Of a DNA stretch of 38,865 bases, positions 29,702 to 38,802 are shown piece after piece. The first letter of the stretch is position 1. Each line of letters starts with the position of its first letter. The notes beneath the pieces are model-generated. The model was given only the letters and a program-made list of their open reading frames with translations, ran no database searches and was not told the DNA's origin. Source of the DNA: Planctomycetota bacterium (GTDB taxonomy: Bacteria > Planctomycetota > GCA-002687715); assembly GCA_013213915.1 (NCBI GenBank), contig JABSRK010000004.1, forward strand, positions 1-38,865, written 5' to 3'. A program made the position numbers and the translations under genes.

Positions 29702-31030
29702 ATGACAACTGTCTCATTCAACACGGCGCTGTCGGCGCTCACGACGGCGCAGTCGGCCCTCGCGATCATCGGCAACAACATCGCCAACGCCGCGACGCCG
29801 GGCTACTCCCGGCAACGGGTGGGCCTCGACTCGCTGCCCGCCATGGCGACGACGTCCCGGTTCCAGATCGGACGTGGCGTCACGATCGACGGCGTCGATC
29901 GCATCACGGACGCACTACTCGTCGGCCGTCTGCGCAACCAGCAGTCCGAGGTCGGACGATACGGCGTCCTGTCGGGGCATTACCGACAACTCGAGACCCT
30001 GTTCGGCGAACCCGGTCCCAACGGGCTGAACAGCCTGATGAGCGGGTTCTTCGCCGACGTATCGAGCCTGACGTCTGCACCGGAAGACACGGCACGGCGC
30101 GTCGGCCTCATCGAGTCTGGACGCAGCATCGCGGACGGATTCAACTCCATCGCCCGCCAGTTGACCAACGTCGGCCGCGGGCTGTCGGAAGCGATCAAGA
30201 CCGAGGTCGTGGTCGTCAACAGCATCGCTTCTGAGCTCGCCCAGCTGAACAACAGCATCGCAGAAGCCGCAATGGGACCGAGCATCCCGTCCGACCTGCT
30301 CGACCGGCAGGAGGCGCTCCTGCGGGAGCTCGGCGAACACATCGATGTGCGTTCGGTCCGGGAAGCGGACGGACGTGTCACCGTATTCAGCGCCAGCAAC
30401 GTCCTCGTGTCACCGCGTGGCTCATACAAGCTCGAGGCGTACGACATCGACCCCCTGAACGGTCGCATGGGCGTCCGTAGCCAGGGCGCTGGGAACGACC
30501 TGACGCCGCGAGGCGGGCGGTTGCGGGCGCTCCTCGAACTGGCGGAGCAAGGTGTCGATGAGCGCATGGCCGGACTCGATCAACTGGCGCGCAGCCTCAT
30601 CCTGGAGGTCAACCGCGTCCACTCGACCGGTGTCCCCCTCAACGGCGGCTACAAAACACTGCACAGCACCAACGTCTTTTACGACGCCAACGGGTCAGGC
30701 TCTCCCCTGGACGACACCATCGGCCAGGCCGAGCTGCCTTTTGACGTCGTCTCGGGCTCCCTGAACGTCAACGTGACCGACCTTGACACCGGCACGGTGA
30801 CCCAGTCCCAGATCGCCATCGACCCGTCGATGACGGTGCAAGAACTCGTCGACTCCCTGGACTCAATCTCCGGCCTGTCGGCAAACGTCGGCCCGGGCGG
30901 CCAACTCCGCATCACGGCCCTCGGCAACAAACGCTTCGATTTCTCCAATCGCGTGCAGCCCATCGGCGATCTCGATGACACGTTCGGGTCGGCCGCAGCG
31001 ACGATCTCCGGAGCGGCTCAGGCGACGTAG
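29702..31030 (+). CDS. flgK: hook-associated protein 1 FlgK, N-terminal 442 codons ending at an in-frame TAG
   Basis: MTTVSFNTALSALTTAQSALAIIGNNIANAATPGYSRQR is the FlgK N-terminus. The TAG is at 31028-31030. The same reading frame continues as the next ORF. Confidence 0.85.
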   Translation: MTTVSFNTALSALTTAQSALAIIGNNIANAATPGYSRQRVGLDSLPAMATTSRFQIGRGVTIDGVDRITDALLVGRLRNQQSEVGRYGVLSGHYRQLETLFGEPGPNGLNSLMSGFFADVSSLTSAPEDTARRVGLIESGRSIADGFNSIARQLTNVGRGLSEAIKTEVVVVNSIASELAQLNNSIAEAAMGPSIPSDLLDRQEALLRELGEHIDVRSVREADGRVTVFSASNVLVSPRGSYKLEAYDIDPLNGRMGVRSQGAGNDLTPRGGRLRALLELAEQGVDERMAGLDQLARSLILEVNRVHSTGVPLNGGYKTLHSTNVFYDANGSGSPLDDTIGQAELPFDVVSGSLNVNVTDLDTGTVTQSQIAIDPSMTVQELVDSLDSISGLSANVGPGGQLRITALGNKRFDFSNRVQPIGDLDDTFGSAAATISGAAQAT

Positions 31031-31063
31031 GCGATCGCGGCCGGTGACTCGTTCACCCTCGAC

Positions 31064-32038
31064 GTGGACGGAACGGGGCCGCAGACGGTGACGTTCGCGA
31101 CCGGCCAGTTCGCCAACATGTCAGCTGCCAGCGCCACCGAGGTCGCGGCGGCCATCAACTCTCAGATCACGGGCGCCACGGCCGAGGTCTCCGACGGACG
31201 CGTTGTCATCCGCTCGTCCTCATCGGGCACGTCGAGCACGCTGCAACTGGCGGACGGCGCCGGCGGACCGCTCGCGACCATGGGCCTCTCCACCGCGCTT
31301 GAAACCGGCGCCGATATCGGCGTGTCGGTGACCATGACCGGCAGTTACGAGGGGACCGAGGACCTGGACCTGACCTTCATTCCATCCGCCACCGGGACGA
31401 TCGGCGTCTCAACGGATCTTCAGATCAGCGTCATCGACGGACAGGGCAACCTGGTCGGGATGCTCGACGTCGGCGACGGATACGCTCCTGGCAGCGAACT
31501 CACCCTCGCGGACGGCGTCACCATCAGCTTCGGCCCTGGCGAACTGAGCGCCGCGTCGGGGGATCGTTTCTCGACCCGTCTCGTGGCGGACTCGGATACG
31601 TCTGACATCCTCGTCGCCACAGGTCTCGGCGGCTTCTTCACGGGTTCGGACGCGGCCTCCATGAGCGTCGATGGGGCGATCCTGGAGGACTCGGATCTGC
31701 TCGCCGCCGCGCGCGACGGAAACCCCGGGAACAACCAGAACCTGCTCTTGCTCGCCAACGTGTGGGAGTCCGACGCAGACGGCCTCGATGGCGACAGTCC
31801 GGACGCGTTCTATCGCCTGCTGATCACCGAGCTGGGGGCCGACTCCGCGCGCGCCGAGCAGACCCTCGAAACGCAAATGCTCGTCCTCCACTCGCTCGAA
31901 GCACGACGCGAGGAGATATCCGGCGTCAACATCGACGAAGAACTGCTGCAGATGGAGCGCTTCCAGCAGATGTACGCAGTGGCCGCTCGCTTCTTGCAGA
32001 CCGTCCAGGAAGTCAACGACATCCTGATCAACCTGTAG
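31064..32038 (+). CDS. flgK: hook-associated protein 1 FlgK, C-terminal part (same frame as 29702..31030; coding signal already present from 31031)
   Basis: C-terminus EEISGVNIDEELLQMERFQQMYAVAARFLQTVQEVNDILINL. The GTG at 31064 falls inside a conserved motif (GDSFTLD-V-DG). I therefore treat the two ORFs as one interrupted gene. Confidence 0.8.
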   Translation: MDGTGPQTVTFATGQFANMSAASATEVAAAINSQITGATAEVSDGRVVIRSSSSGTSSTLQLADGAGGPLATMGLSTALETGADIGVSVTMTGSYEGTEDLDLTFIPSATGTIGVSTDLQISVIDGQGNLVGMLDVGDGYAPGSELTLADGVTISFGPGELSAASGDRFSTRLVADSDTSDILVATGLGGFFTGSDAASMSVDGAILEDSDLLAAARDGNPGNNQNLLLLANVWESDADGLDGDSPDAFYRLLITELGADSARAEQTLETQMLVLHSLEARREEISGVNIDEELLQMERFQQMYAVAARFLQTVQEVNDILINL

Positions 32039-32083
32039 CCATCCGGCTGGTGAATAGACTCAACCCGACACCGTATCGATCAT

Positions 32084-33529
32084 ATGGAACGCATCAGTTT
32101 TGGACGCTTGTTCTCTAACTCGCAGATGAACATCGCGCGGAATTTCTCGCGTGTGTTTCAGGCGCAGAATCAACTCGCGACCGGGCGGCGCATCAACCGT
32201 CCGAGTGACGACATCGTCGGCACACGACGGCTGCTGACGCTCAACGGCGAGCGCGAGGGGATCGATCGCTACCTCTCGAACGTCGGGAGCGCCCGGTCTG
32301 CGGTGCAGGTGGGGAGCGCCCAGCTCCAGGAATTGTCCGGAACTCTCGCGAGCGTTCGTGAACTCGCCGTCCAGGGCGCCAACGGCACCCTGTCCGCGAG
32401 CGACCGCGACAGCATCGCCAACGAAATCGACGCCCTGCTGCAGACCGCCGTCTCCAACCTCAACGTGGGGTTCGAGGGGCGTTTCCTGTTCTCCGGCACG
32501 AAGACGGGCGACCTCCCGTTCGAGCTGGTCACGGGCGCCAACGGGCTGCAACGCCTCCAGTACAACGGCAACGGCGACCTTCAAGAGGTCGATGTCGCTC
32601 CAGATCTGCGTCTCCCGATCAACATGCCCGGGTCTGATCTCCTGGTCTCCGGAACACGCGGCGCGACCGTGTTCAACGGATCGACCGGAGCCGCCGCCGG
32701 CGCCAATGGGCAGGACACCGGTACGGGGCGCGACGTCCTGCAAGTCACGCACACGCAAACAACGTACGGAGGGACGAGCGGGCTGACCGCCTCGGTCTCT
32801 TCGGCCGCCAACGACACGATCCTCGGAAGCAACCACGCGATCACCGTCACCACCGACGCGGCTGGCAACGGGACGATCAGCCTGAACGGCGGCCCCGGCG
32901 TCGCGTTCACGTCGGCCGACACGGACCTCGCGGTGGCGGGTCCGAACGGCGAGGTCATCCACGTCGACACGTCGGCGATGGCTCCGAACCTCGCGCCGGG
33001 AACAGTGGTGCCCGTGCAGTCAGACGGCACCCTCAGCACCGACGGCGGACTGACGGCCGTCTCCATCAACTTCGGATCAAGCGCGCAGCAGGTCGTCAAC
33101 TCAGAGACCGGCGCGGTCCTGCACATCGACGCGACCGGGATCTCGTCGGCGGGCGCAGAGGACGTCACCTACCCAGGAACGTCGAACATGCTCTCGTCCA
33201 TCATCGCGATCCGAGACATCCTGCGTGATCCGTCGAGGCAACCGGCCGACATCAACACGCAGATCAACGTCGCCTTGGAGGACCTGGACCGAGGCATGGA
33301 CAGCCTCGGCCGCTCCCTCGCCGTGCTCGGGTCGCGAGCCGGACAGCTCGAGTCCATCGAAGGCCGGCTCGGCGACATGGGAGTCACCATAGACACCCTC
33401 AGCGGTGAAATCCGGGACGCTGACATCGCCAAGGTCGTTTCGGACCTCTCGCGGTTCGAGACCCTGTATCAGGCGTCGCTCGTCCTCGCCGCGCGCGTAA
33501 ACAGCATCTCGTTGCTCAACTACCTGTAA
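32084..33529 (+). CDS. flgL: hook-associated protein 3 FlgL
   Basis: Flagellin-like N-terminus (QMNIARNFSRVFQAQNQLATGRRINRPSDDIVG) and C-terminus (DADIAKVVSDLSRFETLYQASLVLAARVNSISLLNYL). It follows flgK. Confidence 0.88.
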   Translation: MERISFGRLFSNSQMNIARNFSRVFQAQNQLATGRRINRPSDDIVGTRRLLTLNGEREGIDRYLSNVGSARSAVQVGSAQLQELSGTLASVRELAVQGANGTLSASDRDSIANEIDALLQTAVSNLNVGFEGRFLFSGTKTGDLPFELVTGANGLQRLQYNGNGDLQEVDVAPDLRLPINMPGSDLLVSGTRGATVFNGSTGAAAGANGQDTGTGRDVLQVTHTQTTYGGTSGLTASVSSAANDTILGSNHAITVTTDAAGNGTISLNGGPGVAFTSADTDLAVAGPNGEVIHVDTSAMAPNLAPGTVVPVQSDGTLSTDGGLTAVSINFGSSAQQVVNSETGAVLHIDATGISSAGAEDVTYPGTSNMLSSIIAIRDILRDPSRQPADINTQINVALEDLDRGMDSLGRSLAVLGSRAGQLESIEGRLGDMGVTIDTLSGEIRDADIAKVVSDLSRFETLYQASLVLAARVNSISLLNYL

Positions 33530-34527
33530 TGGCGCGCAGCTCCTCCCCGACCGTGGGCACGGCGACGACCGTCGACCGCCCATCGGCCACGGATGCGCGC
33601 GAGATTCCCCTCGACCTGTGGCTGCGCCCGGACGCCGCCGTGCCGTGCGACGAAGATCTGCCGCTGCTCGTGGGATCTGACGCGAGTTCGGAACGGGTCG
33701 TCGTTCGCCTGGACGGGAAGGCCGTCAGCCACGCGGCCCTGTATCGACACACGTACGTGCTGCCCGGAGTTGGCGACCTCCGCGTCGGCGTCATCGGCGC
33801 CGTCGCCACCGATCCCCATCACCGGTGCCAGGGTCACGCCCGGCGCTGCATCAGGGAACTGCAAGAACACGCACGCGCAACGAATCTCGACGTGGTGGTC
33901 CTGTGGGACGAGCGCCAGAGCAGCCTGTACGAACAACTGGGGTTCGTTCGAGCAGGCCGCGAGATCCTCCACGGCGTGACCCGGTGGGACTTGCCGGACC
34001 TCCTGGGACCCTCGCGGGTGCGCGCGATCGAGTCGAGAGACCTCCCGGCCGTGCGCGCGCTTCATGAACGCGAACTCGCATCGACCGTGCGGACACCGGA
34101 CATGTGGCGGCGCCTGCTGGCGGTGCCACGCACCGAGGCCTGGGTACTCGAACGCGACCAGCACATCGACGCGTACGGTGTCCTGGGCAAGGGAAACGAC
34201 CTGCAGAATTGTGTGCACGAATGGGGCGGCTCCGAAGGCGCGCTGCCGGCCCTGCTGGCGGGGATCTTCGCCCGACGCCGAGACCTGGACGAGTTCGTGG
34301 TGATGTCGGCGCCGTGGAAGGAAGAAGCGTCTCGGGCCATGGCCCTGCACGGCCTCGCGGGGACGCTTGGGGTGCTCGGGATGATCTGGTTGCCGGAGGC
34401 GCCGGCGCTGGCGGCGCGCCTACACCAACTCGAAGTCGGCGATCGCAATCACGACGACATCGTCCGCGCGCTCTTCGATGGTGCCCACGCCGCTCCCTTC
34501 TACCTCTGCGGACTGGACTCCATGTAG
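33529..34527 (+). CDS. GNAT-family N-acetyltransferase with an Eis-like extended architecture
   Basis: Acetyl-CoA motif region VGVIGAVATDPHHRCQGHARRCIRELQEHARATNLDVVVLWDERQSSLYEQLGFVRAG. The ATG overlaps the flgL TAA (TAATG). Confidence 0.7.
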   Translation: MARSSSPTVGTATTVDRPSATDAREIPLDLWLRPDAAVPCDEDLPLLVGSDASSERVVVRLDGKAVSHAALYRHTYVLPGVGDLRVGVIGAVATDPHHRCQGHARRCIRELQEHARATNLDVVVLWDERQSSLYEQLGFVRAGREILHGVTRWDLPDLLGPSRVRAIESRDLPAVRALHERELASTVRTPDMWRRLLAVPRTEAWVLERDQHIDAYGVLGKGNDLQNCVHEWGGSEGALPALLAGIFARRRDLDEFVVMSAPWKEEASRAMALHGLAGTLGVLGMIWLPEAPALAARLHQLEVGDRNHDDIVRALFDGAHAAPFYLCGLDSM

Positions 34528-34626
34528 GTACGCCTCGATGTCGGCGACCGAGTCATGCGGCGAGCGAACGAGAATCCGGGCGGCGTCGTCGACGAACGCG
34601 ACCGCGCGGCGCCGACCTGAAGATCA

Positions 34627-35565
34627 TCAGGTGAGGACGGTGAAGCCGGCCGTGCTCCGCACGGTCCTCAGTCCGACGGACGGCAGCAGGGATTCGAGCG
34701 CACGAGTCTTCTTGACGACCAGTTCGCCGCCCGGCGCCAGATAGGACGCCGCGGTCGCGAGAGCGCGGGCCGGATCGTCAGCGGACTCGAGCGCATCGCC
34801 GACGACCACGAGGCACGCCCGGCGACCGATCGCCGTGATGCGCTCGGACGGCGGTCCCGTCCATACCCGGTGCGCCCGATCCAGGTCGCTCCACCGGCAG
34901 TGCTCGGCGAAGGTCGACGCACGCGGCTCGATCACCTCGACGACAGCCCCGTCGAAGAACTGGGTCCGCAGCCGCGGACCCGGCGCGAAATCAACGACGG
35001 TCGCGCCATCGAATAGCCACGTCTCGTAGCCCAACGCGACCCATGGCATCCGGGTGTCGGTCGCACGATCGACGCCACGTAGCCCGTTCAGCAACGGCTG
35101 CAGCTGCGCCGGGCGCTCCACCACGCGGACACCGACCGCCTCTTTGAAGGACCGCCGCATGTCGCAGTCACGGGATGAATCCAACGACACCACCGCGTGC
35201 GCCGAACGCCCGAGCGCCGCCCAGGAGGCGGCCCCCGGAGCGTCGTCGATGAAGTGGAGGCAGTCGGCCGTGGAGGACCCGACGACCTGGGACCACGCGC
35301 GCGCGGTTGCCTCGATGGCGTCTTCCAGACGTGGGTCGACGCCTGGCACCTGAAGCAGGCACAGGCTCACGTCGCCGCGCCCCGCGAGTTGGTGAGCGTA
35401 GTCACGGATGAGGTCGCGGAGCTCGCCATCCGACCGGTAGTCCGGCCAGGCCAGGACCCGGTAGGGCGCCGCCGAGTCGATCATCCCCGGCGCTTCCTCC
35501 CCTGACGGCGGACGCTCCAATACGGCGTTGACCATGCGAGCGAGATCCGCGGTGGCGTCGATCAT
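34627..35565 (-). CDS. hypothetical protein with C-terminal class-I SAM methyltransferase-like segment
   Basis: VVDFAPGP ... LVVVGDALESADDPARALATAASYLAPGGELVV resembles motif I and the post-III region of SAM-dependent methyltransferases. The N-terminal half is unassigned. Confidence 0.5.
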   Translation of the reverse strand: MIDATADLARMVNAVLERPPSGEEAPGMIDSAAPYRVLAWPDYRSDGELRDLIRDYAHQLAGRGDVSLCLLQVPGVDPRLEDAIEATARAWSQVVGSSTADCLHFIDDAPGAASWAALGRSAHAVVSLDSSRDCDMRRSFKEAVGVRVVERPAQLQPLLNGLRGVDRATDTRMPWVALGYETWLFDGATVVDFAPGPRLRTQFFDGAVVEVIEPRASTFAEHCRWSDLDRAHRVWTGPPSERITAIGRRACLVVVGDALESADDPARALATAASYLAPGGELVVKKTRALESLLPSVGLRTVRSTAGFTVLT

Positions 35566-35743
35566 TGAAGCTGCCCTCCGGGCCCTCTATCGACGCCGGC
35601 CTCGCAGACGCTGCAGGGGTCTCCCGAAAAACACGACCGGGGGCTGGCCTTTCCGGGTTGAAGAAAAGGCAACTCTGCGGCCGGATTTGTTTCATGGACG
35701 ACCCCCACAAATGCGATAGGTCCAGCAGGGGGAGGGTCCATCA

Positions 35744-36295
35744 ATGAGGCTTCTGGACACCGCGCTGCAGGGCGCCCTGATCATCGAACCCGAGGGTCCT
35801 TCGGGGCCCGGCGACGGCGCCGAACGGACGGCCTACGAGCACGCGTTCCGCGAGCGAGGGCTCGAGTGGCGCCTGACGCGGACCATCGTCTCAGAGACGC
35901 TTCCGCGCCATACCCTGCGGGGCCTGCACTGGCAGGCCGGAAGCGCGGCAGGGGCGAAGGTCGTCCGCTGCCTGAGCGGGCAGATGCTCAACGTGATCGT
36001 CGATCTCCGGCCAGGGTCTCCCACATTCGGACAGCACGAGAAGGTCGCCCTCGATTCCCGAGGCGGTCGCATGCTGTACATCCCGAGGGGGTTCGCCGAC
36101 GGCTTCCTGACCCTCGATGACGACACCCGGATGGAGTATCAGCTCTCCCGTCACCAGCGAGCGAGCGCCGAACGCGGGCTTAGGTGGAACGACCCGCGAC
36201 TCGGCATCGCGTGGCCGACCCGATCCCCGATCCTCAACGACCGTGATCGCGCCTGGCCGGACCTCGACTCGGCGTTAGTCGTCACCGAGGCATAG
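35744..36295 (+). CDS. rmlC: dTDP-4-dehydrorhamnose 3,5-epimerase-like (RmlC family cupin)
   Basis: LRGLHWQ...AKVVRCLSGQMLNVIVDLRPGSPTFGQHEKVALDS..GRMLYIPRGFADGFLTLDDDTRMEYQLS...ERGLRWNDPRLGIAWP. Confidence 0.8.
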   Translation: MRLLDTALQGALIIEPEGPSGPGDGAERTAYEHAFRERGLEWRLTRTIVSETLPRHTLRGLHWQAGSAAGAKVVRCLSGQMLNVIVDLRPGSPTFGQHEKVALDSRGGRMLYIPRGFADGFLTLDDDTRMEYQLSRHQRASAERGLRWNDPRLGIAWPTRSPILNDRDRAWPDLDSALVVTEA

Positions 36296-36308
36296 CGATA
36301 ATCCGGCG

Positions 36309-37946
36309 TCAGTTGACGATGTAGGCGGACCCGTCGCCGAGCGGCAGCAGGATGTCGGTCCACGGTGCAGTGTTGATCAGCATCCCGAGCGTGTTCTCGT
36401 CAATGATGCTGTCCGTCGCGTTCGCGCTCGCCTGCAGGCCAAGTCCCGCGAGAGCGTCGAAGCTGACAAGGGCCGGGTGCGTCCCACCAGCGCCGAGGCT
36501 CATGCCGCCGACGCAGGGCGTGACGCCCCAGGTACCGGCGGTCGTGAATCCAGTGATCGCGACGGGCGCAAGGGAGCCGTTGAACTCGACGGTCCAACTG
36601 CTGACCCCATTTCCGCCCGTGCCCCACTCGGTGATGTTGGTGTAGTTCACCTGAACGGCAGGTCCCGCGATGGTCACGTCGACGGTGCCGTAGTTGTTCG
36701 GCTCCAGGTCCGAGGCGATACCGATGCGCGGCATCTGGGTCTGCCACTCGAGTGCCGTCGCCGTGAAGTCGCTGCTTCCAGCGGTGAAGGTGACGTCGCC
36801 GTTGGATCCGACGTAGAGATCGTTGTAGGTGGTCCCGTAGAACGACACCCCGCCGGTGTAGCAGAGTGGCGTGTTGGCGAGGACGACCTGGGCGTTGCCG
36901 TCATCGGGCAACAGGAGCACCAGGGTCTGGGCCGCCGACGTATCCAGCACGTTGGGACCGCCCAGGAACAGCCCGCTCGGCTGTGCCGGAGCGATGATCG
37001 CCATCTGGGCGCTGGTGGTGGTCGTAGCGCCGATGGCCACGATCTGCTGGAAAGTCGGGGCAGGGAACAGCGCGGTCCAGCCCAGGTTGTTCAGGAACGT
37101 GATGCTCGGCGCGGCGAGGTTGACGTTCACGATCTGCCCGTCGGCAAGGACCAGGCCACCTGCCGACGCGGAGACGAGGGGGTCTCCGGTCATGATGCCG
37201 ATCTCCCATGGGAGGCCGGAGTTCGAGCTCGAGAACGTGAGGGTTACGCTCTGGCCAGCGCAGCGCGACGCGTAGATCGGCCCTGCCGGGCCACCGGTGA
37301 GTCCATCGATGTCCATGCTCGCGCCCGGCTGATTGACCTGGTACTCGCCCGTCGAGAACACCGCGATGTCGGCGCTGAAGTTGACGCCTCCCGGGCCACC
37401 TGTGTTGTTGCCGTACAGGTACAGGTAGTTCTGACCCGTGGTGACCATGGCCGAGATGTCTAACCAGAGCGTCGTCTCGTTCACCCACGAGCCGGGTGTT
37501 GAGGTGTTCGAGCCCGGCAAGGGGATACCGTTGACGGCGATGCCCACGTTCGTCCCGTCGCCCAGGAAGTCGTCCACGAGCATGTTGATCGACAGGGTGG
37601 CGAGCCCGACGACGGGACTGTTCACCGTGAACGGCACGGCGAAGAGGCCCGAGGGCTGAACGCCGGACTGGGCCGTTGAGATCCACAACGCCAACGGGTT
37701 GTTGGAGAGGGGGCTCCCCCAGCCGAAGCCCCCGTTCGGGATGATCTCGGCGGGTGCTCCCGCGACCGCCGACGCGTAGTCGGTCACCGTGAAGGGCGCC
37801 GCGAACGGGCCAGGCAAGAACGTGATGTTCGCGTCCGTCCCCCCGGGCGTGCCGTTGCCGCCCTGAACGGTGATGAACTCCTGAGAACAGACGAGGGAAG
37901 CGAGCAAACAACAGACGACGGTGATGCGAAGCATGGCGGTCTCCAT
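36309..37946 (-). CDS. large secreted protein of unknown function (signal peptide, Gly/Thr/Asn/Val-rich, beta-rich)
   Basis: Signal peptide MLRITVVCCLLASLVCSQEF. The 545-aa ORF has good GC3 bias. No recognised catalytic or anchoring motif. The start is 37946 or 37934. Confidence 0.7.
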   Translation of the reverse strand: METAMLRITVVCCLLASLVCSQEFITVQGGNGTPGGTDANITFLPGPFAAPFTVTDYASAVAGAPAEIIPNGGFGWGSPLSNNPLALWISTAQSGVQPSGLFAVPFTVNSPVVGLATLSINMLVDDFLGDGTNVGIAVNGIPLPGSNTSTPGSWVNETTLWLDISAMVTTGQNYLYLYGNNTGGPGGVNFSADIAVFSTGEYQVNQPGASMDIDGLTGGPAGPIYASRCAGQSVTLTFSSSNSGLPWEIGIMTGDPLVSASAGGLVLADGQIVNVNLAAPSITFLNNLGWTALFPAPTFQQIVAIGATTTTSAQMAIIAPAQPSGLFLGGPNVLDTSAAQTLVLLLPDDGNAQVVLANTPLCYTGGVSFYGTTYNDLYVGSNGDVTFTAGSSDFTATALEWQTQMPRIGIASDLEPNNYGTVDVTIAGPAVQVNYTNITEWGTGGNGVSSWTVEFNGSLAPVAITGFTTAGTWGVTPCVGGMSLGAGGTHPALVSFDALAGLGLQASANATDSIIDENTLGMLINTAPWTDILLPLGDGSAYIVN

Positions 37947-37960
37947 AGAGACCCCCCAGC

Positions 37961-38614
37961 CTAATACTTGGGAGCACAGGCGTCGACGAAACGTCGGATC
38001 AGACCGCTCCCCAACTCGGAATCCGCGGTCCGTTCAGGGTGCCACTGGACGCCGACGCAGAAGGGCCGATCGGCGTCCGCGACGGCCTCGATCACGCCAT
38101 CGGGAGCCCGCCCGATGACCTCCAGCCGCCCCGCATCCGCGAGCGCCTGGTGGTGCCAGCTCGTGACCAGGCCGGTCCCGATCGATCCTTCCACGCCGTG
38201 CACCCGGTCGTCCTTGTGCACGTCGGCGTCTTCGAGCACGTCGTCGAGGTGCTGGTGCAGACTCCCGCCCGCGTGGAGTCCGAGGAGCTGCATACCGAGG
38301 CACACCGCCAGAACCGCCACCTCGGGCCGCGCGTCGAGCGCCCGGATGACCGCGAGCTCCCCATCCTGGCGTCGCGGATCGATGGTGGTGGCCGCCGGGT
38401 GGGTCGCTTCGCCGAACGCCTCCATGATGGGATCGTCACCGCCGCTCAGCAGGAACCCGTCGCAACGCCCCACCACCTCTGCCGCCGCGTCCGCGTTCGC
38501 CGGCAGGATCAACGGGACGCCCCCCGCCGCAAGAACGGCGTCAACGTACGCGGGCCTGAGCGCGTGACGCCCATCGTGGACGTCGGCGGTGATGCCGATG
38601 ACGGGGCGAGGCAT
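37961..38614 (-). CDS. class-I glutamine amidotransferase / gamma-glutamyl hydrolase (peptidase C26, PuuD-like)
   Basis: ATG 38614 gives MPRPVIGITADV... A nucleophile elbow (LAVCLGMQLL) and GVQWHPE are present. It lies 15 nt upstream of the secreted-protein gene on the same strand. Confidence 0.75.
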   Translation of the reverse strand: MPRPVIGITADVHDGRHALRPAYVDAVLAAGGVPLILPANADAAAEVVGRCDGFLLSGGDDPIMEAFGEATHPAATTIDPRRQDGELAVIRALDARPEVAVLAVCLGMQLLGLHAGGSLHQHLDDVLEDADVHKDDRVHGVEGSIGTGLVTSWHHQALADAGRLEVIGRAPDGVIEAVADADRPFCVGVQWHPERTADSELGSGLIRRFVDACAPKY

Positions 38615-38802
38615 GGGCGGATCGTACCGCGAGGGTCGGGCGGGAACAGAGCGCGCAGATCCACACGGTTGGCAGTGGGATTGCCAAGCGATGTCGATGT
38701 TCGTATGAGAGCCGACCTCCCGACTCTCCGGTCGGTCAGTCCGGAAGATATCCTCTCCCTCGATCCGAACGAGCGCTCTGTACCTGCTCCAGCCCGTCCA
38801 CC

